Below are positions 1 to 11,769 of a stretch of 64,000 nt of DNA, in pieces. Source of the DNA: Epiperipatus broadwayi (lineage: Eukaryota; Animalia; Onychophora); the NCBI GenBank assembly GCA_028023455.1, contig JAQFVV010000007.1, positions 5,518,001 through 5,582,000 of the forward strand, written 5' to 3'. A program made the position numbers and the translations under genes. How positions within the stretch are numbered: position 1 is the first letter of the stretch; every line of letters begins with the position of its first letter. The notes under the pieces were generated by a model. The model saw nothing but the letters and a program-made list of their open reading frames with translations. It ran no database searches and was not told the origin of the DNA.

Positions 1-470
1 TTTTACACAGCATATTGTTTGCACACTATTATTATGTGGTATATTTGTTGACTATTAGTTTACTAAAGAATTATTAGGAGGCCAAAGCCTATTAATTGTT
101 TTTATGTTTTCATTATCAAATTTGACTTCTTTAACTGTTTTAAGCTGATTTGAGATCCTATTTATTTTCATCTTTAAATATGGTGTCATCAACAAATCTG
201 TGTTGCCCTTCTGCTAATCTGTTTTCTATCATTACATATTCAATATATAATTTAAATACACAATATAAAAGTATGAAACATTTTTAACTTTTGAGTAGAG
301 ATTAAGTTAATTTGTTTTATCATGTTCAACTTTTACGGTATATCTTCTAACCTCATCAGAATATTCTTTATAAGAATAAAGTATTCTCATATGATTATTT
401 TCTCTAATTCATGATAATGAACCTAATTGAAAGCTTAGTTATAATCACTACAAAAGACATCTTTGTCATA

Positions 471-803
471 GCTGTATTTTTATATTGGACTATTTCCATC
501 ATCTAATATGTGTGTTGAATGTCTTTAGAAAAGTTTAATTTTAGTTAAATATTCCAAATGCATTCAACTGTTAGTAATATCACAGCAAACAGGTTAGTAT
601 ATGCAGTTAGTGCATATACTAACCTGTTTGCTGTGATATTACTAACATTTGTTTGCTGTGATATTACTAACAGTTGAATGCATTTGGAATATTTTACTAA
701 AATTAAACTTTTCTAAAGACATTCAACACACATATTAGATGATGGAAATAGTCCAATATAAAAATACAGCTAGAACACCATCATCACAAACCTTCAGAAA
801 AAC
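471..803. repeat. Fold-back (palindromic) interspersed repeat, family C, with a 14-bp flanking direct repeat
   Basis: Arms ~471-610 and ~615-771 are reverse complements (tagctgtatttttatattggactatttccatc... / ...gatggaaatagtccaatataaaaatacagcta). Flanked by ACATCTTTGT(C/T)ATA at 457-470 and 804-817. A related copy lies at 36940-37166. Confidence 0.75.
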
Positions 804-1499
804 ACATCTTTGTTATATTTCTTGGCCTTCTTTGTCAAGCAACTCATTAGCAAAAATATTTTTAAATCCTTGCTCTTGTCTTAAGAATATATTTGGCAGT
901 TCCTTTTCAATATGAAGCTGAATGTCTTTCAAAAAAATTATTTAATGAGTGGTGTATTATAGCATATTAGTTTTATAGTCAATATTTTTTTGCTATAGTG
1001 ATTTAACTTTCTCCCAACCAGAAACCATTAAATCATTTTTCTGATTAACATAATTTGGTCACTATATTTGTTGCTTGTTTTTTATTTTCCCTGCAAGAAT
1101 CATTTTTTGAAATAATTTATAGATGGATCTGATCTCAAATTTCATTAACAAAAATTCTGTGTCTTTTTACTTCTGCTACTAATATGAATAAAACACAAAG
1201 ATCTTTCTTTATAGTTCCTGATAGTTCTAAGATAAAAAAAAAACCAACAAAAGCCAACTAATATAATGCAGTTTGATGGTTTGCATGAATGGCTTTTTTA
1301 ATATTTACAATTATCACAGACCAAAGTAAATTGTGATCCTTATTCCCTTAAACTTGTTGTCAGAAGTTGTTGGTTAGAGACATAAGGTGTTAGAATCTCA
1401 TGACCTTGGTAACAATTTGATGATGTTCTTTTATTTGACTATTCTACAATTGCAGATTATTTTTAATTGAAGAAAAATTATATGAATTAGAAGAACTCT

Positions 1500-4080
1500 A
1501 ACATTTGATGGAAAAATTGTTTGACTTCATAAAGTTAGAAGAAAAAATGAGATAGTCAATTTAGAAAATAAACATATATCTTACTCCAAAGCACCAGTGA
1601 AATGGAATTCATTCTAGGAAATGAATAATATTGTGAATATTTATGGTGTATCAGACAGAATGACAAATTTTAGCAAATAAACTTAATGAAAAATATTAAA
1701 TACAGATAATTCAATTTCATGCCACATTGAGTTTTGATTGTGATAAAAAAGTAAAGATTTTTATATAAATATAAAAATACTTTTGGGGGTTACACCTAAT
1801 AAGATTTTAAAATTGTTATGGGAGAATTATATGTTTTAATTATAGAAAGTTGAAAGTGATATGGGTAAATTTGGCTTTAGTGACAGAAATAAAAAGATAG
1901 CATAGATTTGTGAAATTTGCAGAAAAAAATATATCTATTATAAATTTTTTCTTTGAAAAAAATCCTAAATTAAAATGAACTTAGAAGCATTTAAATGAAA
2001 ATCCAGCAAAATTGAATTATATGTTGACTAACAGTGAATACATATTCCAAAATAGAGATATTATTAATAGAAGACACATGATAATACAAAATTTTAAAAG
2101 CAAAACTGTTTAAAAGATACTGTTAATAGTTTATATTCCATGAATTAAATTAAAATTTTAAGATTTGTCTGACATGAACAAGAAAATAACTAATACTTTA
2201 CTAAGAAGTGTGACTAATAATTGTTACAAAAAAACAGCAAATCACTAATAATTTTTAACTATGGTAAGACAATGTATGAAGAAAAAAAACGAACTGTTAA
2301 AAAGAATTCAATATATTCAGTTTTTTGGAAAATGTTACAAAAAAAATTAATAATGATATAAAAATATAATTGAATTGGTAAAGAAAAATACAAAAGAAAA
2401 TTAAAATCTCAAAAGTATAAGACAGTTTTTTGAATTTGGAAGAAAAGTTGCTTTAGCAATAAGAAAAAACGTGGAGCTATTATTTACACAAATATATTAT
2501 GAAATGTGTAATAAAATGCTATAAAGAATGATTTAGTAGTAAAGAACAAGAAATCAAAGTATTAAAACAGGAAAAACTCTCCATATAGTAGTGCCACTCA
2601 GTGCAATCCTAAGATTTAGCTGCAGTGCTCTCGGAGTCAAGGATCCTCATTGCTGAAAGCCACAAGCTGGAAACTAGTCTGGCAATATTCGATGAGTAGC
2701 CACTAGATAGGGATTTTATGCATAAGCCTTCTGACATTCATTGATTACTCTGGCTTGCACTGAGTGGCATTACTGTATGGAGAGTTTTGCCCATTTTGAT
2801 AATAGTTATGAGCAAGCATAAGAAATGATGATCATGTGATGTTTAGTGGTTTGAAAACAAAGTATTCCTAGAATTACTACATATTCTGAATAGCCAAGCA
2901 TTTTAAAGAAAAAGATGAAACATGTAATTGAATCTGTGCAGAAAAAAACTCCAGAAAATGATGAATTTAATACTGATAACTTAATGCAGCTGATGAAGAA
3001 TTAGAAAAATTATTGGCAAAATTATGTCTAAGATGTTATAGATGATTGGGAGAATTCTATAGTCATATTAATATTTGAGAAAGGACATCAAGAAGATCCA
3101 TCTTTCATCAGGTTTATGCAAAATGTTTACCAAGATAATTATTTGTCTACAGCAAACATTGTATTTATACCAACTAAATGAAATACTAGATTTAAAAGTG
3201 GCTTCAGTTTATAGGATCACATCCAAATATTGAAAGAAATTATAAAACAGATCACTGAACATGAGTTGCAGTTATCATTAGGATTTGTAGATTATGAAAA
3301 AGCATTTGACCTTCTCAGCTTTTCCTGTGATTAAAACATTGGGCTACTGTGATATAGTTCTCCAGGGTATTATCACAAATATTTATCAGTATGTAACAGA
3401 AATTGATTAGATTGCATGGTGACTCTAAAAAAAATAACACCGATAATCATCCAATGATTCTATACTTTCAAGATTTATTAAAAGTATTTTATGGATTAAA
3501 ATGGAAAACTAAGAGAATCTTATTAATATTGGACATTAAGTAATTTAATGGTTTATAAATGTATTGCCAAATTTAATGTTATTTTATAATTTTTTCTTTT
3601 ATTGTCAACATAGTTGAATAAACATGTTTTTGATAAATAAGAGAATAAAAATATGTTGAGACATTTACATTTTGCAGTATATGTGGTTATTTTTGGAATA
3701 ATGTTCCAAAGCTTAAGAAAATGTTGCAAGAATTTTAAGAAGAAAGTAGTGGTAAAAAGAGAAAAATAATGTTCAGTGAGATCATAAATTAGAAAAGTTA
3801 ACTATTACAAAGTTCTTAATTACATTGTTAATGGGAATGTAATGGATGAAATTAATAATAGAATTAAATTTGAAGTGTTTTTCAATAATGGTTGACATCT
3901 TAAGGGTAAATGTAGAGAGGTTATAAATGGCATAAAAAGACACCACATGTTAAATGGATAAACACAATAAGAAAGATTGCTGGTAATATTGGAAAAGAGA
4001 CCTTCATTCTGTGATAAATCACTAATAGTTGAATATGGTGATTAAAATGTAATTGAATGGTGGTTAATATGCTCAGAGAT
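1500..4080 (+). mobile_element. Highly degenerate RTE-clade LINE remnant, interrupted by a family A insertion
   Basis: By-eye matches to the young RTE at 55085-58277, e.g. ~1643 tatggtgtatcagacagaatg, ~1865-1925 ggtaaatttggc...gaaatttgcagaaaaa and ~3285-3310 gtagattatgaaaaagcatttga. No intact ORF; boundaries approximate. Confidence 0.7.
2564..2857. mobile_element. Family A hammerhead-bearing repeat, asymmetric fold-back, 9-bp TSD
   Basis: Short minus arm 2564-2604, then plus arm 2605-2857 with a degenerate hammerhead at 2643-2686 (atcctca ttgctga aagccacaagctg gaaa ctag tc tggcaat). CAAAGTATT at 2555-2563 and 2858-2866. Confidence 0.8.
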
Positions 4081-4439
4081 CATGGGATTTTCACATATCA
4101 AAAGTGATTTATGACTCTCAACACTGACTCTGCTAAACTGTATTATTTTTTTAGTAAACTTATTATAATAGTAACATTTCTTGATCCCACATATAACATT
4201 ATTTTGCTAATTTGGATTCTATATTTTGATATAATGTTGATTTTACAGGTATTTTTATTTTTGTTTTTCTTTTTAATTATTTCTTTCACTTGTTATCCAC
4301 ATTTTATATAGTTCATTATCAATTACATACAAAATCTCAAATCAGTTTTTTGACACTATTTATAAAACTAATAGATATGTTGCTTAGATTATATCTAAGA
4401 AATTAATCAAGTATATTTTTGTATCTTTATTTAAAGTTT

Positions 4440-4715
4440 AGCATGGATGGCTGAAGAGTTGTGGATTGTAGTATTTTGAAGTCTGTCCATTAAAATATGA
4501 AGATTGGCTATCTTAATATAAAGCTGAGCACTGATTGTATATATGTGTGGAGATAGTAATCTGGACCAACTGATGATTGCTGGTTTAGCATGAAATACAT
4601 ATATTGGTGATTATTTATCTTTTCAACATGTGTGTGATCAGGTGGGTCAGCAATATGAGATGGCATGGAGAGTTGAGGGCCATATAAAAGTCTGAGTTCA
4701 AATCCCTTATATATT
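4440..4715 (+). mobile_element. Family B hammerhead-bearing repeat, ribozyme-sense on +
   Basis: Colinear with the reverse complement of 43492-43775 and 33330-33535. Contains the hammerhead at 4565-4608. Confidence 0.75.
4565..4608 (+). ncRNA. Minimal type-I hammerhead ribozyme (family B), core intact
   Basis: ACCAA-CUGAUGA-U-UGCU(GGUUU)AGCA-U-GAAA-U(ACAU)A-UA/UUGGU. Helix I is ACCAA:UUGGU, both conserved core boxes are present, and the cleavage triplet is AUA (predicted cut after 4603). There is a U.U mismatch at the base of helix II. Confidence 0.7.
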
Positions 4716-6364
4716 ATAGAATTAATTCAACAACTTATTTCATAATTTACTCTCAATTATGTTTGTTGCTATTAAAACTGAAATTCTTCTTCACTGTTTC
4801 TTCTTAAATATATCCATTGTTCCCATGACTATAATCAGTGTTATGTCTACTTTAAAATGTATTGTCATTAAGTAGATCATTAAATTTGCAAAAGCTTATC
4901 GGTTGTTCTACTTAATGTCTTTTTCAAATCCATATTAAATTATAGCACTTCCTTTTTTCATTTCCAACTTTCATATTTAAATCATGAATCTTTAAAGTGT
5001 TTACCTGAAAATTTGTGGTAGTAGCATTTTACCTATAGTTATATGTTGGACCATTTCTAGCATCTAGTTTTTTTTAAAAAAATTGAAAGTTATACTTTCC
5101 AAATACATTCCACTATAATTAATAAAAATTAGTATTGAATGCAATGTTTCAAATGGCAGTATTTTTTTCTGGTGTGACTTGGCAAAATCAGTGACATAAT
5201 AGTGTGATAATTGAATCTGGGAGTTTGAGATTTGTGAATATTAAATTTAAGGTGTTGCTCTAATTAATTGAGCTATTCTGTCAAAGGCAACAATAGAATT
5301 TTATATACTTTTCTATGAAGGATTTTATATTTCTTCTTGGCATTAAAAATATAAAAAATTGAAATAAAAATCTCTCATAAAATTTCTACTGCGTATTCGT
5401 TTTGAAAAATAGTTTACTTGGTAAGAGTATCTCTTTACATTCAATATTCAAAAAAACTGATTTCAATGTTACAACCGTTATTGATTATGATAGTAAAAAC
5501 ATGAAGAAAAGAGGAGAATAATACAACTTGAAACACAGTGATCTATACTAAATTGTGTGTTATTAATAATAATTGAATATTGCAAAAATATAAATAAAAT
5601 ATACATTTTTCTAAAAACATATAATTATTAAACTAGATGATTGAAATTCAGTGAAGTTTTCTCCCGCAATGCTTATATAGTGAATAAGAAATGGAATGAA
5701 CAATTTTTCTTATTAAGATTTATAAAATAAATGCAAAACATAAAATGAAAACTATAATTCTAGACATATTTTCTTAATTAAACTTAGTTGCCAATTTAGT
5801 TTGTTTGTCTTTAGTGATACAAATAATTTACACAATTGTTGAGAACTGTCTAGTTTGTGAATATTTATTAAATAAAGTTGTATATTTGTATGTGTGAGTA
5901 CAGGCTGGCCATTATAGGCAGTATTTTCCCTCTAGAAATAATGATATACAGAAAAAGAAAATTAGCTTACTGCAAAAAGCAACAGGCTAATTTAATTTGC
6001 ATGTCGATAAAGTCTAACTTTATGCAAATTAGCAAAGTAAATAAAAATGCCTGCAGAACTTCAAATAGTGTTCTGTCATTTCAGTTTAGTCAGTGATGTC
6101 TAGAGAAATAGTAATGTGAAGAGAGAAGGAAAAAAGCAAGAGCTGAAACCAGACTTGAAAATCTCTTAAGTGTAGACTAAACCAGCATTAGCATCTCAAA
6201 TGACATGTATGCGCAATAAGATACTTACAGAACTGCAATTGGAAAGAGCCTTTTATATATTATCTTTAGAGATATGAATTGTTAAAATGGTCAAGATTGA
6301 TTCCATTTTCATTTAGCAATTAGTCCATTGATTTATTAATTTTATTTATTAACATTATTGTTAA

Positions 6365-6749
6365 TACAAAAGCAAAACTCGCCATGCAGTAGTGCCATTC
6401 AGTGAAAGCCAGAGTAATTAATGAATGCAGGAAGGTTTGTTCTTGTGGCTTTCATCAGTGGAAACTTTGGATTTGAGAATACTGCACCTAGATCTCAGGA
6501 TCTAATGCATCCCTCTAGCCATTTTTTACTTAACTATAAATCATTAAATTCTAAGATTTAGATGCAGTGCTCTCAAATCCAAAGGTCCTCACTAATGAAA
6601 GTCACAATCTAGAAGCTAGACTGGGTATATTAGATGAGGATTTTGTGCACAAACCTTGCATTCATTGATTACTCTGGCTTGCACTGAGTGGTGCTGCTGT
6701 ATCAAGAGTTTTGCTTCTGTGTAAGCATAAAGAGTGGTAATCTTGTAAT
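6365..6749. mobile_element. Family A repeat, head-to-head fold-back, degenerate
   Basis: Minus arm ~6367-6535 retains CTGATGA (tcatcag 6452-6458). Plus arm ~6548-6749 has a decayed hammerhead at 6585-6629. Possible weak TSD attatt(g/a)ttaa at 6354-6364 and 6750-6760. Confidence 0.75.
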
Positions 6750-9700
6750 ATTATTATTAAGAATAAAATAAACTTTTGAATTTATTGTTAAACTTTTTGT
6801 GTTTGTTTCTTTAAATGAATTATATAATTATCCAGCTGTAGGATATAGTTGGCCTTTCTTTAAAAGTATTTTCCTATATGCATATATTTTTTTTATTAGC
6901 CTTAAAAGTAAAATTTGATTAATGTTGAAAATTCAAAAGTTGTATTCAATTAAAATGATAGAAATCTAAATGCTAAAATTTAATAATGAATTTATTTTGC
7001 ATACTTCATTTTGACTGTAGAAATATAAATATTGTACATATGTTTAGTCGTGATTCATAAAAGCAGAATTTGAAATCTGATTAATGATGATATCAAAAAA
7101 ATTAAAATGAAAGTTCAGAGAAAATCTCAAATGCTAAAATTTAGTAATCAATTTAGCTTACTTAACTCTTTCTATCTCTAATTGTAAAAATAGTGAACAT
7201 ATTCTTATTAAAATCTATTCTCCTATGTGCATATATTGTAATAGTTTTAGCTATAATAAATTTGATTATCATGTGTTTTTTTTGTTTTTAATGATAAGAA
7301 TGATATATATATTCTTATTTAAAAGTATTCTTTTAGATGCCTATAATGTAATAATTTTTGCTATGGACCATAAAACAAGATTTGAAATTAATGTAGATAT
7401 CAAGATGAAAGGGGCTGTAATCTAGATGTTAAAATTTAGGAATCAATTTAGTGTTTTTCTTTCTTTAATAGTAAAAATTCAAAAGACAGTAGTGTACAGT
7501 AAAAATAATACAAATCTGATTACTAATCTTTATAAAGACTAATTGACAAAACCTTTAGTTAAAATATAAAATGTTATGAGAATCAGTGGTTGATTAGCAA
7601 ACCATATGTACAAAACTTTATATATTATTTTAGATTTTTAATAAAGTATTAGATATCCATGGTCTTCAGAGATTATTTGGATATATTAATGCAGCTTATT
7701 ACTTCTGTAATTCATATCATAATCTTTCATTTAAATTTTTTTCATAGAGTTATTAATTTTATGCTTGATCCAAAATAGTTTTAAAAAATTGATCAATATT
7801 AAAGTGAAAAAAATATTTTTAAGAGAAAGTTCTAATATGGTGTCATTAAAACAATGTTCTCTTTTTTAAAAAGTGGTGAAAATATGAGCAGTTAATGAAA
7901 ACGATTTTCAACTTGAAAAGTTTACTTTACAAAACTAATGGAAACACTTTTACTCACAAGGATTAACCAAAGCAAATAACTGTAACCATTATGGATGTCA
8001 TGGAAATTTGTGTTAATATGGATTAATCAACAATAAATGACAGGCAAAAGCTTGAAGAAGGCTATCATTTGTGAAAATGCTTTAAACAGATGTTTGAATA
8101 AGTCTTCTTACTATAAGGATTATTCCTGCATAAGGGTTGTCAATAAACTCTGATTTACTAGATTCAAAAAAAGAATTGGGTTGCACTGTATTACAAGTAG
8201 GGGGAGGCTGCTATTGCAATCTTGCGAGAAAGCAGAAGTTTTGAAATCAGTGATCTGTGAATTTTTATTTGTATGATTACATTTGCTTTTATTTAAATTT
8301 TATGTTTTTAAAAAAATAAATTTTAATTTTCATTAAAATCTAACAACATACTATATATAAGAATAACTTTATATATAATTTTGCATTTGTTTTTTATTTT
8401 TCTTGCTTAATTATTTTTTTTTAGCTGACATATTTTATCTAGGCATTGGAGAACAAATTATTTATTAAAACACATCTTTTAATACAGCTACAGCAAAAAG
8501 TTGATATAATAAATGTCTGGAAACAATATTATAATTGCAGGCTCGACTATAATCTGATATGTTCATATTGTGCTAAAACACAGAAAACGTGAAGCTATAA
8601 TAATAAACGAAATATAAAGGCTAAACACTTTCAGGAATGTCTAGTTCCCATATTCATAGCATATGATGGAAGTGCTGGTAAAATGTTATGTATAAACTTA
8701 GTGTATGTAAATTTATGCAACGTATTTAAATGGCCCATTTTTTAGAAATAGAAAAGCAAAATTCCTTCCAATTGATGGTATTGGCATCATCTGCTATAAA
8801 ACATGCCTCTTTTACCTTATATTTTACATCAGTCTGCTCCATGTAAGTATTTCTTTCTATACAGGTTTAAACATATGGCCAGTAGACCTTGGGTGCTATA
8901 AAAATATCAAGCTATATTCATTGATTTGTGCTCTATTATATAAATAATAATGTTGTGAAACTCTAGTGACTAGAGTGGCATGAGTTCCTCCATAATAGAC
9001 TGCTTTGCATCCATTCTGGGGGCATTTGATTTTGTAAACTGCCTGGGGTCATATTTTGTTTATTATTATAGCTTCACATTTTCTGCGTTTTAGTGCAATA
9101 TAAACATTACTTTGTTATATGTGAAGTATAATTAACTGCTTAATTATATAATCTGATATGTAATGAGAAATGAGTCATCAAGTTATTTTTCCCTACAAGT
9201 TTTGGTGAAATTCTGTTTCTGATCATAAATCTGTTTTCTTTTTCACTTGCTTGAGTTTTTCAGACATTGAAATAAATTATATTAATGTTGAATGGATGAA
9301 ATCAAATCAACATCAGTTAATCATTCAATGCATATATTTATTGATATTTCTCAGTCTGAACAATATAAAGTATATTATCCTGATTACCACTTCATTTTAC
9401 TTAACATATAAGATTTTGATATGTAAGTGATCCCTGATCATTTTTAGGATATCGGACTTCAGTAATACTTTGTAATTTCAGATGTTTTTTCCAAAAAATG
9501 ATTCCCTAATAAGAATTTCAAATAAGTCTAATTATGACTAATATTTATAAATATCTTTAAATCTTCTTCAGTAACATGCTGAATGTTTTTGACCACTTCT
9601 TACACTTTCATAACTTCATTCTGTTTTTGTATTACTCTTCATGATTTCCAATATAGTACACCTAGAGTAATTTATGACTATTTTCTTTGGAATGGTTCTA

Positions 9701-9824
9701 AATAATATTTAGCTGTTGTCAAAACTTTCATTGACAACATTGTACATCTTTACTGGACAGTACAGAAATGTTAAGAATGCAAAACTTAATAAAAATAAGG
9801 AAAAACTTACATTTTTTATAAAGA

Positions 9825-9970
9825 CAGCTGGATCACATGATCACTATTTTTTATGGTTACACAAGCTGTTTTTCACAGAGGCAAAACTCTCCATACAGTA
9901 TCGCCACTTAGTGCAAGCCAGAGTAATCAATGGATGCAGGAGTTGCACTACTGTATGGAGAGTTTTGCCC
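9825..9970. mobile_element. Short family A fold-back lacking the ribozyme, 9-bp TSD
   Basis: ggcaaaactctccatacagta...tactgtatggagagttttgcc palindrome plus a leftward extension matching the family A tail. TATAAAGAC at 9816-9824 and 9971-9979. Confidence 0.75.
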
Positions 9971-10663
9971 CTATAAAGACTGATAGAAAAGGGAAGATGA
10001 AATTTGGTATATGATGAAAATTATAATCCCTAGATGAAGATGATTATATCCAGTTATTCCATATCAGTTCCATATCAGATTTTCTAAACTCACACCAGAT
10101 GAAACCCTATAAAAGTCAATTAAGTTTTCAAAAAAATAAATCTGGTTGTGCATATTCAAAAAATATATTCTTAGTAAATGTGGTTGGAAACTGAAAGCTT
10201 TTTAGTAATACAAACACATATTCTTATTCAGTCCATGCTTAATATTAATCAATAAAATATTAATTATATATTAAAGAAGTGCTCAGATAATAAATGAAAA
10301 TTCACTTGTTATCAGGGTCTATGATCTTAAATAGACCTTTTCAAACAGTTTATTTAAAACTTCTACACTTTAAATCTCAATCTGTTTACATAAATTGCTG
10401 CCACTCAATGCCTATTTAAGATCATACATTCTAATAAGTGGATCTCCATTTATTATCTAAGTGCTTCTTTGATAACAAGTTGCTGATATTCTATTGGTTA
10501 ATGTTTAGAAATTCATGATGTAATTTACTTGTGATTATTAATTATACTATTACATTTATGGTTTAACATATATATATAACAGCATTATAAATTTTTTAAC
10601 TAGGTGTTTTTTTTTTATTATATTTCAGTTGTTGTTGACAAACAAGTTTTTTTTTTTTTTTAG

Positions 10664-10763
10664 AGTTATTGGGTCATTATCTAATTCCGAAGAGTTTTCA
10701 AGTCTTTATAACTGTCCAGTGGGGAGTAATATGAATCCTTCTAAAAAGTGTGAAGTTTGGTAG
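10664..10763 (+). CDS. Terminal coding exon of an M13-family (neprilysin / endothelin-converting-enzyme-like) zinc metallopeptidase
   Basis: A poly-T acceptor (tttttttttttag|, AG at 10662-10663) is followed by (R)[32 protein letters not shown]. This matches the hallmark M13 C-terminus RVIGxLSNxxEFxxxFxCPxGSxMNPxxKCxVW. AATAAA at ~11176. No upstream exon was recognised in 1-10660. Confidence 0.9.
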
Positions 10764-11769
10764 TACATATTTTCAACTATCATAAACAATTGTTTTAGTT
10801 AGTGATATCTATGAAAATTCATTCCATAATAATGACTTTTTTTATTATTACATTTGACCAATCTACAACAAGATTTTTTTTATTATAATTTAATTTATAT
10901 TATTATTTCATTAGTCTTTTCTGTTTGCTGTTGTTTTGAAATTTAACCTTTCAGATTGGTTTTATGTAAATCCCAAATTTTAGAATGCCAATAATATTCA
11001 TTTTCCAATGCCAACATTTATTTATTACAGATTTGTTTATAGTTCTAATGCAATGAAAATTATTGATTGTTAATTGTTGCAAAACAGTTTTTTTCTCTGT
11101 AAATAGTTATTTTTTATATATAAAAAGTATATTGTCTTATTTTGTTATTTGTGTTATATATATATTCCTGATATAAATAAAATCTTGTATTTATACCTCA
11201 TACTTATATGTGCAATTCCAGTATGTAAAAAATATAGTTGAGTTATTAAATGAAATATGGCTGTAAATTATCTTGAGAAATAATTGGTTTTATAATGTTG
11301 GCAATAATTGTATATTATATGAATATTTGAAACTTTATCTTGATTGTTATTTTATTTTAGATTCAAAGTTTTATGTTTATGAGAGAATACATATACAAAT
11401 ATGTCTTATATATGTTTATTTTATATGTACTTGTATGCATATGTTTATCAGGAGATGAATTGTTCACTCATAATAGTAATTGACTGTAAGAATTTTTTTC
11501 CCCCAATTTTGACATAGAGTAGTATTTTGAAAAATACATTATATTAGTTACAATGGTAATTACCAACTTTTATCATACATTTATTTTTTGATCAAAATGT
11601 AAAAGTGTGTTGTTTCATTTTTCCTTTTTATGTCTAAAAAATTTCAGTCTATCAATAGTAAGGCTACTTTTTATTATAATTGAGGCATTGTATTTTTCAA
11701 GATATTATCACATATCAAAATATATGTATATTCAAGTAAGCCTTGCTTACCTGTTATCACTGAAGGATT

